Shown here: positions 45,822 through 55,368 of the stretch, piece after piece
Position numbering within the stretch: position 1 is the first letter of the stretch
How the letters are laid out: every line of letters begins with the position of its first letter
Origin: a bacterium
Lineage (GTDB): Bacteria > Patescibacteriota > Minisyncoccia > Phycocordibacterales > Phycocordibacteraceae
DNA: 58,872 nucleotides
NCBI GenBank assembly: GCA_021811365.1
Contig: JAJZPB010000004.1
Span: forward strand, 1 to 58,872
Direction of reading: 5' to 3'
Made by a program: the position numbers and the translations under genes
Notes under the pieces: generated by a model
The model's input: only the letters and a program-made list of their open reading frames with translations
The model's database searches: none
What the model was told of the DNA's origin: nothing

Positions 45822-46943
45822 CTACTCAATAGCCTCGCGATAGGGATCTGGGTTCGCGTAGGCGTTTGTCGAAGGCGGCGTGAATGGGCGCGCTGACTGC
45901 TGGGCGATGGGCGCGCTCGGTTGTACGGGCGCGTGCTGCGGGACGTAAGGCGGGTCTCCCACTGAGGACAGATCTCTGTCCTCAGGTATTTGAGACGGAC
46001 CAATGTGTGGAGGCTCTGGAGCCGGTTGTGGCGGCGCGTACGGCGCAGCCGCAGGTACTTCGGGCTGTTGAGCATATGTATTCGGAAATGCTGGTGCCGG
46101 ACTGTACACGCCCGGAAGGTTGGGGGGAGGCGCGGGTGGCTGCGCCTGGCGCGGTAAGTCTGTTTGTGGAGGCGGGCTCCATGAAGCCGGTTCCGGCACT
46201 CGAGGCTGCGGTTGAACAAACGCAGGCGGTGTTGAATCTTGCGGCCGCGGGATTGCTGGCTGCTGGTAAAGTTCCGACGCACGTTCGGCAGGCACATAGT
46301 TCGGCTGCAGCGTATCCTGCGCACGATCTGGCTGCGATGGTAGTGGTGGAGCATAAATAGCCCGTGGCTGCGCGGTAGGCATTATATTGCGCGGAGGCAA
46401 TGGCGCAGGAGCGCGGTACGAGGGCGCCGGCCGCGGAGCCGCAAACGCCGCAGCGGAAGAAAATGGAGGCATTCCCCCGCCTTGGGCTACCGCAGAGGCA
46501 AGTTGTGACTGCGCCGCTACCGAGCGCTGTATCACTCGCTGGTCTGGAGCAATCTGCTGCGGCATCTGCGACGCTTCGTAGTGCGGAACAGATACCGATT
46601 GCGCGGAAACATTTGGTTCTTGGTCGTGTTTCGCCATCCCCAAGACCTGTGCGTGAAGCGGTTTGAAAATTAGTTCGTTTATTTCTTGAATAAGTGTATT
46701 TGCGATGTCTTGCGGTATGCCAGCATCAAGCAGACCTTGCAGAAACTCCGGTGGCCGAATAAGGCCAAGTAGCAGGTTGCGATTAAGTTGAGCTAACAAC
46801 CCTATCTGATCTATGTGCAACCCAGACCGTGAGCCTATGTCCGCTATTTTCATTGCCATACCCGGAGCAGTCATCGCATCCTGCACAGCTTCGGGAAGCC
46901 GCTGTATAAGATCGGTTATCTCTTTATCCGAGTATTGGCGCAT
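45822..46943 (-). CDS. hypothetical protein: ~100-aa helical N-domain, long Pro/Gln-rich disordered region, C-terminal DPYREAIE motif
   Basis: 373 aa ORF; co-directional with the upstream membrane cluster. Confidence 0.75.
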   Translation of the reverse strand: MRQYSDKEITDLIQRLPEAVQDAMTAPGMAMKIADIGSRSGLHIDQIGLLAQLNRNLLLGLIRPPEFLQGLLDAGIPQDIANTLIQEINELIFKPLHAQVLGMAKHDQEPNVSAQSVSVPHYEASQMPQQIAPDQRVIQRSVAAQSQLASAVAQGGGMPPFSSAAAFAAPRPAPSYRAPAPLPPRNIMPTAQPRAIYAPPLPSQPDRAQDTLQPNYVPAERASELYQQPAIPRPQDSTPPAFVQPQPRVPEPASWSPPPQTDLPRQAQPPAPPPNLPGVYSPAPAFPNTYAQQPEVPAAAPYAPPQPAPEPPHIGPSQIPEDRDLSSVGDPPYVPQHAPVQPSAPIAQQSARPFTPPSTNAYANPDPYREAIE

Positions 46944-46957
46944 GGGTGTAAATCATT

Positions 46958-49441
46958 TTACGGTATAAGCAAGTCTCTTTTTACACGTGGGTCAGCTCGC
47001 ACATACGCGTCAAACGATGCTTGGCGGGGGTCCCTAGGGTTGCCAATTACGTCAGTAACATATTGGCCGAGCTTTTGGCGGTCGGTCGGGTTAAGATTTC
47101 CCCGACGAGCAACATCGACTAAATTGAGCGCGTCAGCCCCAAGAAAATCAAGCACCGTTCTGTTTGTGATCGTGTCTGCCGGAAGCTTGTTAATAGCATC
47201 TCGATTCCACTTAAGGCCTTTGATAGCCCCAGCAACGGCAATTGCGGCCGTTGGAGAAGCGTTTGGATCAAAACGGTCTTTACGATACGCGTCAATCTTG
47301 GCCTTCTCTGTTGCGGGCAATCCACCATCTTTCGATATTGTGTCGTACTGGTCGTTGGTAAGCGCCTCCGCGACATACTGGTTTGTAAGAAAACCACCGC
47401 CTGCATGAATTATCTCCTTTTGTGAAATTTTTGCGACTGCGTCTTTCGCGGCTGTGATTTCCGCAGCGGTAGCTGTTGGTTTTGACGCTTCAGTCACCAG
47501 GTTGGTCACTGTGGCAAAGCGCACTTTTTGCATTTGTTCGTGCTCTTCTGATGTCAGTTTTTCGCTCTTCATAAGGGCGTCGAACTGCTGCGGCGAAAGA
47601 TTTTCCACAAGCGCGGCTACGCCCTTCTTGATGCCGCCAAGCTCTTCAAGCTGCTTTGTGCTCATTTTTGCGAGACCGTCTGTAATGGTCTTTGTTGGAG
47701 CCGCGACTTCACTATCGAATTCAGCTTGTGTTATAGAGCCAGCCTTGAGTTTTTGTTGCGCTACGGCGATTGTGTCTTGGGCATTGGCAAAGTCAACGTC
47801 GCGCTTAGCTCCCTTGAATTCTTCCATTTCTTTCTTTCTTTTCTCCTGGCTCGATTTAAGACCAAATTTGCTTTCAACCATTTTGTTCGCGGTCAAAGCA
47901 GAGGGTTTGCCCGCATCAGTTCCCATTGTTTTTTGTACCCAGCCGGCGCCAGGAATATTACGCGGGTCGTACGTTCTGTTGCTCATTCCTCGACCCAAGC
48001 GCACGCCAAGGTTACGGGCCATAAATGCTCTGGCCCCAGTTCCCGCAGCACTTGCCCGCATTTTTTTTGAGTTCAGCCTCGTACCTGCCATACCAAGCGA
48101 CATGCGACCGCCCCACGCGAGCGCGCCAAACGTCGCCATGCCGCCCACTTTAGTAGCAAAACCGGCGCCGGCAGCGGACATAGACTTAGCTGCCATAGTT
48201 ACCGCGAGCAAGAGCCCCATAGCAACAATAAACGAGAGTAAAACGCCGGCAAAGCCCGTAAGGTTCGACCCGCTGCTGCCTGCATTCACAAAACCGGTCC
48301 ACAGATTGCTTGCGGCCGTGGCGCTATTGCCGCCCGCAACGAACGTGGAAAGAAAATGCACGTCGGTTATCACCCTGAGCGCAACGTAGAGCAGAAGAAT
48401 AAGCACCGGCGCCGTCATGGACTGTTCGAGAAGGGTGTCGCGCCATTTTTTTCCAAGCGACTTAAGCTGCGGTATCGCAAACGAAGCCACTCCTATCGGC
48501 GAGACCACAAGCAACAGTATGAGTACCACGAACCGCGTCACAAGAATAATTGAGAGCGAGAACATGACAAACGCTGCCACAATAAAGAGGACGCTGCTCA
48601 GAAACCCGATGAAAAACGAATTCGAACCAGAAAAGATGGTCGACGGAGATGAACCCGTTTGCGACGTACCTGCGTTCATCGCGGCACCATAGAGCGTTTG
48701 CATGCCCAACTGACTCATAATGGCGTTGGAAACACCTTCTTCGTGCACTGCAGTGGAGAAGTTATCGAAACTGGGTGGCGCTGGAATTGCGCCGTTGTTT
48801 ATTTGTGAATAGAACTCCGTCGCAAACAGGTTACTCACGTCCACGACTGCACTCGCTAAAAAGAGCGAGAAATTGAGAAGCACGGCAACAATAACGAGCG
48901 TAGGAAGCAGTTTCGTCCCCCCGCCGTAAAAGTCGACCCCGAGTATCGTTTCAAGTCCTATGGCCAGAAAACCGAAGATAAGCGCGATATTACCGAAATC
49001 GCGCATAATGCGCCACACGAGCGGTATCGCACCGATCCCGTTTGCTTGACTCAAAATCGACCCCATCTTGACCACGGTGTAGTACACCGTTGCATCAAGC
49101 ACGATCATGGCGACGCCGAGCAGCCACGCGAAAAGACTTGCGATTTCCGTCATTATCGCCCCCGGAATGCAGCTAAAAGTACTTAGTCCGCTGCACGGCT
49201 GGGGAGTTACATTTGGAGGAAGTGCTTTTTTTGCTGCCGCGGTTTGCGCTGCGGCAACGTCCGCCTGCTGCTGCGGTGTAGCATTCGGCGACAAAGCGCT
49301 CGCATCCTGGGGATTTGCTTGTGCCGCTGGCACCCCGGCATCTGTTGCGGGATCAGCAAACGCTGTCGGCACAAAAGCAAAGGCCGCAGCGCTCGCGGAG
49401 AGCGCGAGGCCGATGCTAAGTACCGCAAAGAGTCGTCTCAT
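46958..49441 (-). CDS. large polytopic membrane protein, VirB6/TrbL-like, with long soluble C-terminal extension
   Basis: Signal peptide, WRIMRDFGNI..IF, L..NFSLF....VD..N, RFVVLILLLVVSP.......IP......KKW, ~8 TM helices, Gly/Ala-rich then helical tail. Confidence 0.65.
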   Translation of the reverse strand: MRRLFAVLSIGLALSASAAAFAFVPTAFADPATDAGVPAAQANPQDASALSPNATPQQQADVAAAQTAAAKKALPPNVTPQPCSGLSTFSCIPGAIMTEIASLFAWLLGVAMIVLDATVYYTVVKMGSILSQANGIGAIPLVWRIMRDFGNIALIFGFLAIGLETILGVDFYGGGTKLLPTLVIVAVLLNFSLFLASAVVDVSNLFATEFYSQINNGAIPAPPSFDNFSTAVHEEGVSNAIMSQLGMQTLYGAAMNAGTSQTGSSPSTIFSGSNSFFIGFLSSVLFIVAAFVMFSLSIILVTRFVVLILLLVVSPIGVASFAIPQLKSLGKKWRDTLLEQSMTAPVLILLLYVALRVITDVHFLSTFVAGGNSATAASNLWTGFVNAGSSGSNLTGFAGVLLSFIVAMGLLLAVTMAAKSMSAAGAGFATKVGGMATFGALAWGGRMSLGMAGTRLNSKKMRASAAGTGARAFMARNLGVRLGRGMSNRTYDPRNIPGAGWVQKTMGTDAGKPSALTANKMVESKFGLKSSQEKRKKEMEEFKGAKRDVDFANAQDTIAVAQQKLKAGSITQAEFDSEVAAPTKTITDGLAKMSTKQLEELGGIKKGVAALVENLSPQQFDALMKSEKLTSEEHEQMQKVRFATVTNLVTEASKPTATAAEITAAKDAVAKISQKEIIHAGGGFLTNQYVAEALTNDQYDTISKDGGLPATEKAKIDAYRKDRFDPNASPTAAIAVAGAIKGLKWNRDAINKLPADTITNRTVLDFLGADALNLVDVARRGNLNPTDRQKLGQYVTDVIGNPRDPRQASFDAYVRADPRVKRDLLIP

Positions 49442-49443
49442 AC

Positions 49444-51135
49444 CTACTGGCCGCCACCGCCGTAGTTGGTGTAGCCACCGTAACCCGTAGTACCGGCTGG
49501 CACGGGAGCGCAGGAGCTGAAAAGCCCCGCCGCGTTCGAGGCAATGAGGTTCATTTGATCCAACTGCGAAGACGCGGTCACACTAAGCGGGCTCGAGCCA
49601 CTTGCCTGCGCATTGCCAAATGACATCGCCTGCTGTTGTACATTCGCAATATCCGTCTCAGTGGGCGCGGTTGTTTGCGAGAGCGCCAAATCGCTCGCGT
49701 ACGCCGCAGTATTCCCCGCATTTGCGTCAGCAGCAATCTGAGCCTGAAAAGCTTGCGCGCTCGCGATGACCGCGTTTGCCTGCGCAATCTGCTGAGCGAC
49801 CGGCGCAACCTCGGAACTGAGCGCGCCCTGCGCTTCAATGAGCGTCGTTTGCGCGGTCGAGGGCATCTGCATACCGACCGTTGTTGATGCAGAGCAGGCT
49901 GTTATGAGCTTTTGCAGCGTAGACGACGCGTTATTGGTGGCTGCAGCAATCGTATTCCACGCGGTTTGGTACTGCGTAACGCGGGACGCAAGGTCGGTGC
50001 CAACGCTCGTCGCCGCACTAGTGTTGAGAACCGTACTGTTTGTCACTCCGAGATAGCCCGCCTGATTTTGGTATTGGTTGAGCGTCGATTCGCTCCCGCC
50101 ACTCGTCAGCCCTGCGAGGCCGCCCGAATTCACCCCGCCGAGAAGCTGCTGACCGAAACTGAGCGTATTCATCACCGTAGCTACGTCACCGAGAATCGCA
50201 TTAACTTCCGGACCGACCTGGCCCATTTGAATGAGTTTGTCGATGTTCACGCCGAGCGCTTTATTAAGAGCGTCCTTAATAACTGAGCCCGGCGTCTTAA
50301 TCACGCCCGGCGTTCCGTTAGACTGGGTACAGGCATCGGTCGTAGGGTTTGCTACGCCTCCGCCGATGGTGTTCGTGCTCCCGCACCAAGAAAGAAAGCC
50401 GTTGCCCCAGTTGAGCTGCGCGAAGGCGTTGTTTACCGCATTCGTCATAAGAGCATTCCCCTCCGCCCGTGCATTCATGAAGAGCATATACGGGTTATTT
50501 TGAGGCTGCGTGGTCAGAGCAAACCACGCGGCAACACCGCCTTGCGACCAGTTGCCGTTTAAATAGCCGGTTATATTTGAAGAAACCTGCGAGAGGGTAC
50601 ACTGGTTTGCTGCAAAAAATCCTCCGAGCGTCGACCCCTGGAGGTACTGCGTCCTCAACGAGGAAACAATCGACGAGGAAAAGGGCGAATTCGATAACGA
50701 ACTGAACTGTGAAAAGAACGAAAACGCCTGGGTGTCGGCCACTGCCTGCAAATTACCTGAGATATCCTGCACGAACTGGGGTATGCCCGTGCCGTTTGCG
50801 GCCCCGTCTACAAACTGGACTACCCCCGCGGTAATCGCCTTCAAAAGCTGACCGCTTTCAATAAACGCGATGGGCTCAAGCACGTACTTATCGACCACCA
50901 GCATATATGAGGCGATCTTGTTGGCAACGGTGGCGACGGCGGTAATTGCTGACTTAACTGCGGTAAAAGTATTCTCGATAGCTGATTTTAAGGCGGGCTG
51001 CAATGTGGGGGTAAAGTCGACCGTAACTGGGATGACCGCATGTGCTTTTGGCGTCGTCATAAAAAACACCGACGGCATGAGCACTGCCGCAACGAGCGAA
51101 AGCGCAAGGAACCGCGTAACGGGAGAATACGTCAT
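49444..51135 (-). CDS. secreted protein (VirB5/TrbJ-like N-terminus, helical body)
   Basis: Signal peptide ending AHA-VIPV; GG..AW..LT..PQNNPY, G.GFLS..C, IKTPGS motifs; 2 nt from the next gene. Confidence 0.6.
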   Translation of the reverse strand: MTYSPVTRFLALSLVAAVLMPSVFFMTTPKAHAVIPVTVDFTPTLQPALKSAIENTFTAVKSAITAVATVANKIASYMLVVDKYVLEPIAFIESGQLLKAITAGVVQFVDGAANGTGIPQFVQDISGNLQAVADTQAFSFFSQFSSLSNSPFSSSIVSSLRTQYLQGSTLGGFFAANQCTLSQVSSNITGYLNGNWSQGGVAAWFALTTQPQNNPYMLFMNARAEGNALMTNAVNNAFAQLNWGNGFLSWCGSTNTIGGGVANPTTDACTQSNGTPGVIKTPGSVIKDALNKALGVNIDKLIQMGQVGPEVNAILGDVATVMNTLSFGQQLLGGVNSGGLAGLTSGGSESTLNQYQNQAGYLGVTNSTVLNTSAATSVGTDLASRVTQYQTAWNTIAAATNNASSTLQKLITACSASTTVGMQMPSTAQTTLIEAQGALSSEVAPVAQQIAQANAVIASAQAFQAQIAADANAGNTAAYASDLALSQTTAPTETDIANVQQQAMSFGNAQASGSSPLSVTASSQLDQMNLIASNAAGLFSSCAPVPAGTTGYGGYTNYGGGGQ

Positions 51136-52184
51136 GGCGTTTGCGTCGTAGCCTGGGAGGCGGCAATGTCCGGAATGATATTTATGAATGTCGAGCCGGG
51201 GTCGTTTGCCGAAAACGTGATGCCCGACGTCGTGTACACCTGGTTGATGCCGATAAGCCCGTTACCGAGCTGTTGCACGGCAGTCGGGTACTGCTGAATG
51301 GCGAGCATAGCAGCCATAGGGTCGGTATCGACCTTCGTGAAATCGCTCAATATGCCACTTAAGCGCACAAGCGCGTTGATAACCGCAAGGTCATACGGCG
51401 CAATTGACGCGGGCGCTGGAAGGGCTGCGAGCCCAACAGCGGCTTGTCGATAGAGCTTGGCAATTGAGGCAATGCGGGCAAGCGGCACCGCGTCGTTTGC
51501 AGGGTCTTGCACCGCCTGGCGCAAATACGCGACTTCGCTCGTGGACGCATTCGCCGTGTTGGTCTCAAAAACCGTCCCGGCCGCTGTAGCAAATGCGCGT
51601 AGCGCGGTTGCCGTGCTCGGCACCGTTGTCAAATCCTGCAATGTTTTGAAATCGGGTGCCGCTGAAATGCTCGAAGCAAACTGGGTCATTGCTTGCTGGG
51701 CGATTGACTGCACCTGCGCCTGGGTGAGATTGGCTCCGCCGTTTTGCTGCTTAGCGGCAAGGTACAGAGTTAAAAAGGTCTGTGCGAAAGCGTTCGTAAG
51801 CGTACCCTGCGCTGGCGCAGGAGGAAGCGATGAATCGGTAGCGACGGACGCACCCGTGGCGGTTGAAGTCGCCGAGGGCAAGTCGGCGACCGCCTTAGGA
51901 ACGATGAGCCCCTTAGCGACCGCTTGGCCGTCGGTCATTCCGAGATGGAAGTAGTCGGTTGTTGTTGCATTTATCGGAATGCCATAGAGCGTCTTTTCCC
52001 AGTCCGGCAGCCCGTCACCATTCGAGTCTTTCGTTGCAATAGCCTGTAGCACGGCACTCTCTTCCGACGCCTGTGCCACAGGCGGTGTGCCAACGCTATG
52101 CGAAAGCCAGTAGGACCCGCCCACAAGCACGACGGCCCCTACGGTAGCTGTAAGCACGCGCCAATTTCGTGCAATTCCCCCCAT
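51132..52184 (-). CDS. membrane-anchored protein with Ca-binding thrombospondin-type-3-like motif
   Basis: N-terminal TM; DSNGDGLPDWE; ATGA overlap with the next gene. Confidence 0.7.
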   Translation of the reverse strand: MGGIARNWRVLTATVGAVVLVGGSYWLSHSVGTPPVAQASEESAVLQAIATKDSNGDGLPDWEKTLYGIPINATTTDYFHLGMTDGQAVAKGLIVPKAVADLPSATSTATGASVATDSSLPPAPAQGTLTNAFAQTFLTLYLAAKQQNGGANLTQAQVQSIAQQAMTQFASSISAAPDFKTLQDLTTVPSTATALRAFATAAGTVFETNTANASTSEVAYLRQAVQDPANDAVPLARIASIAKLYRQAAVGLAALPAPASIAPYDLAVINALVRLSGILSDFTKVDTDPMAAMLAIQQYPTAVQQLGNGLIGINQVYTTSGITFSANDPGSTFINIIPDIAASQATTQTP

Positions 52185-52291
52185 GGTATCGCTCTCAAGT
52201 ATACCCAGTACTGGCCACCTTTTCCTAGGAAAGCTGTGCACATGCAGTGACGCCGCATACCACACTACGTACGCGTACGTTTCGTTGCGGC

Positions 52292-53170
52292 CTACTGCTT
52301 CGCTCGCTTTAGCCACTCACTGAATGGGACATCTTCCGCTCGTATGCGCTCCGGAAGTCCAGACACAGAAAGACCTGCTTCGTGAAAATTTTTTGCCAGC
52401 TGTTTGCGCTTGTGCGCAAACCCAGCATGGATAAGCGTAAAAAAACGCGCCTCTTCCTCACTATTTTTGAAGCGCGCTCGGGAAATCTTACGTACTACAA
52501 TGACCGCCGAGTCTACCTTGGGCGCGGGAGAAAAGGCGCCACGCGGCACTGTAAAACGGTACTCGGGCTCGCCGTACGCTTTCACCGAAAGCGAAAGGAG
52601 GCTCTCCTTTTTACTGCGCACGATGCGTTCGGCTACCTCTTTTTGCACGAGCAGGGTGAGCGCGGACGGCTGATTTTGCGCGGTAAGCAGTCTGCGAATA
52701 AGTTCTCCCGTGAGATAGTACGGAATATTTGCCACGACCTGGTACCCCTTCGGCAGCTGCTCGAGCGCAAAGGTACGAATGTCCGCATGAATAAGTTCGA
52801 GCTTTCTACTCTCGAGTTCGGGTGCGAACGTGTCCCGAAGCCCTGCGAGCAGGCGCTCGTCCGCTTCGACCGCGACAACCTTCTGTGCACGGGTTAGCAG
52901 CGCGCGCGTAAGCTTGCCGGTGCCCGGACCAACCTCAAGCACGACGCTTTCGTTCGTTATCGGTGCTGCCGCAGCGATGCGTTCAGCTGTCTGCGCGTGC
53001 TTTAGGAAGTTTTGTCCGAGAGACTTCTTTGCAAGCACGCTCTGTCGCGCAGACCGCTGAACGGGAGCGAGCGTTTGCCGACCGGACCGGAACGCCCTCG
53101 GACTGTGCGCCGCCCGCGTGCGCGTTTTTTCCGCACGCGGCAGCTCAGATTTCGATGACGTTTTCCTCAT
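52292..53170 (-). CDS. rsmA: 16S rRNA m6,2A1518/1519 dimethyltransferase (start uncertain; GTG at 53038 is an alternative)
   Basis: KKSLGQNFL, LEVGPGTG, VANIPYY, QKEVAER, PAPKVDS. Confidence 0.96.
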   Translation of the reverse strand: MRKTSSKSELPRAEKTRTRAAHSPRAFRSGRQTLAPVQRSARQSVLAKKSLGQNFLKHAQTAERIAAAAPITNESVVLEVGPGTGKLTRALLTRAQKVVAVEADERLLAGLRDTFAPELESRKLELIHADIRTFALEQLPKGYQVVANIPYYLTGELIRRLLTAQNQPSALTLLVQKEVAERIVRSKKESLLSLSVKAYGEPEYRFTVPRGAFSPAPKVDSAVIVVRKISRARFKNSEEEARFFTLIHAGFAHKRKQLAKNFHEAGLSVSGLPERIRAEDVPFSEWLKRAKQ

Positions 53171-55058
53171 ATCCGTGTCCCTCATCATATACCGTGAGCG
53201 AGCGGTCGAGGTCAGTCAAAAAATCGGACGGTTCCGCGTAGCTATCCACACCGTAAATCTTGCGCACGCGCGCGAGCGTAAGAAAAAGCTGCTCCTTTGC
53301 GCGCGTCATCGCCACATAAAAAAGTCGTCGTTCCTCTTCCTCGTCACGGTCGCTGCTGTCGCCCATGCCGCTGTGCGGGAAAAGCCCTTCCTCCATGCCA
53401 GCGACAAACACCGCGGTAAACTCGAGCCCTTTGGCCGCGTGCACCGTCATGAGCGCGACGCCCTTTTGTTCGGTTCGGTCGAGCTCATCTTGGTCTCCTG
53501 CAAGGGCCGACTCAGCGAGAAAAAGCGCTATGCCCTCTTTGCCGGTTGCACCATCATACCGTGCCGCAACGCTCGCGAGCTCCTCGACGTTTTCAAAGCG
53601 CTCGCGGTCTTCGGCGGTACCCTCTTCCCCAAGAGCGCGGCGCAGGCCGCTCTTTTCGATGACCAGCTTCACGAATTCGCTCGGCGTCATTTGCTCAGCA
53701 GCGTCCGCGAGTTCGCGGACGACGCGCTCAAACGTCTCAACCTTTGCACGCTCGCCATCGCGCAGGAGGTCGCGCTGTCCTGCGGCGAGCTTGCCGAGCG
53801 TCACCTTGCCGATGCCGCGCGGCGGCGACGCCGCCGCGCGGACCTTATCTGCCTCGCGCGAAGGATCGAGCGCAAGTCGTACCCACGAAAGTGCGTCTTT
53901 GACCTCTTTTCGATCAAAGAAGCGCGTCCCGAGAAGCTTATACGGCACACCGGCATGCAAAAGCCCCTCTTCAAGTGCGCGCGACTGGAAGTTTGTTCGG
54001 TACAAAATCGCAATTTCCTCAGGCGGCACGCCATTGCGTACTAGTGAGCGGACCTTGAGCGCAATCCAGCGCGCTTCATCTTCCGCGTTGCCGGATAGAT
54101 GAATGATTATCGGCTCGCCCGGTGCGTTGTCGGTCGTCGCTCGCTTTTCTTTACGGTTCTTGTTCTTCTCAATGACGGCATTTGCGGCCTCAACGAGATT
54201 TTTCGTCGAGCGGTAGTTGCGCTCGAGGATAATTGTTTGCGCTTCCGGATAGGCTCGATCAAACTCAAGCAAGTTCTCAATGGTCGCGCCGCGCCAGGTA
54301 TAAATCGTCTGGTCGATGTCACCCACCACGAAAAGGTTCCTGTGCTTTTCCGCGAGCAGGTTCGCAATCTGCCCCTGCTGCGCACTCGTATCCTGGTATT
54401 CGTCAATGTGCAGGTACTGCCACCGTTCCTGCACTGCGGCGCGCACCTCTGGAAACTCCTCGAGCAGGTGCGCGGGCTTCGCAATAAGGTCGTCAAAGTC
54501 GAGCGCTTTTTCCGCCGCGAGCGTTTTTTCATACCGCAGCCACGTTTCTGCGGTGATGCGCGCGCCGAAGCTCGAACGACCAAGTTTTTCGTTAAACGTC
54601 TGTGCGGTCATGCCGCTGCTCTTTGCGCGCGAAATGCGCGACAGCACGGCGCGCGGAGAAAGTTCTTTCGTCGAGACGTCGAGCGCCTTAAGCGCTGTCG
54701 AGATTACCCGCTCTGAGTCGTCGCGGTCGTATACGCTAAAGTACCGTGGCACGCCTATGACCGACCCGTGGCGCTCAAGCAGCTCACGCCCCAGTCCGTG
54801 AAAGGTTGCAATAAAAGGGAGCTCGGCGCCTTCGCCCAGAAGCGCGCGCACGCGTTCGCGCATCTCACGAGCAGCTTTGTTCGTGAAAGTAACAGCAAGA
54901 ATTTTGCTTCCCGGAACCCCAAGCCGTATGAGGTGGTAGATGCGCATCGTAAGCACGCGCGTCTTGCCGCTACCCGCTCCTGCGAGCACGGAAATCGGTC
55001 CCTCGGTTGCAAGTACCGCTCGTCGCTGCTGATCATTTAGTCCATCGAGATACTCCAC
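53145..55058 (-). CDS. pcrA: ATP-dependent DNA helicase PcrA/UvrD
   Basis: AGAGSGKT, TFTNKAA, IDEYQD, NYRST, TVHAAKGLEF, EEERRLFYVAMTRA. Confidence 0.97.
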   Translation of the reverse strand: MEYLDGLNDQQRRAVLATEGPISVLAGAGSGKTRVLTMRIYHLIRLGVPGSKILAVTFTNKAAREMRERVRALLGEGAELPFIATFHGLGRELLERHGSVIGVPRYFSVYDRDDSERVISTALKALDVSTKELSPRAVLSRISRAKSSGMTAQTFNEKLGRSSFGARITAETWLRYEKTLAAEKALDFDDLIAKPAHLLEEFPEVRAAVQERWQYLHIDEYQDTSAQQGQIANLLAEKHRNLFVVGDIDQTIYTWRGATIENLLEFDRAYPEAQTIILERNYRSTKNLVEAANAVIEKNKNRKEKRATTDNAPGEPIIIHLSGNAEDEARWIALKVRSLVRNGVPPEEIAILYRTNFQSRALEEGLLHAGVPYKLLGTRFFDRKEVKDALSWVRLALDPSREADKVRAAASPPRGIGKVTLGKLAAGQRDLLRDGERAKVETFERVVRELADAAEQMTPSEFVKLVIEKSGLRRALGEEGTAEDRERFENVEELASVAARYDGATGKEGIALFLAESALAGDQDELDRTEQKGVALMTVHAAKGLEFTAVFVAGMEEGLFPHSGMGDSSDRDEEEERRLFYVAMTRAKEQLFLTLARVRKIYGVDSYAEPSDFLTDLDRSLTVYDEGHGYEENVIEI

Positions 55059-55173
55059 CTGCCCACTATACCGAGCAGAAGCGAGGGTTCGCTAGTGTGT
55101 ACAGCGCATTCACGGCACGCTGCAATCTAATTTCGACATAAAAACCTTCTCCACACAAACTTCACCTACCCAG

Positions 55174-55201
55174 TTGACCCGACTGGGTTCTCCGCTATAC
55201 T
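55174..55201 (+). promoter_or_regulatory. sigma70 promoter upstream of the LysM-M23 gene
   Basis: TTGACC-16-TATACT. Confidence 0.55.
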
Positions 55202-55368
55202 GCCGGTACTGACTGAACGGATGGATGAAAGAAATGGCTTATCTAAGCCATTTTTGTATTATGACCGATTCGCTGACGTGCATTCCTTAACGTATAGATT
55301 TCCCTAAAAAAACTCCTGTTCCCGCTACAAAGCGCGATACTCTGGATTTATATAAAACGTTCGAGCAA

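Noticed and set aside
45671-46354. 228-aa N-terminal extension of S12 suggested by the ORF track
   Set aside because: It is an alternate frame of the Pro-rich gene; rpsL has its own promoter and starts at MATINQL (45670)
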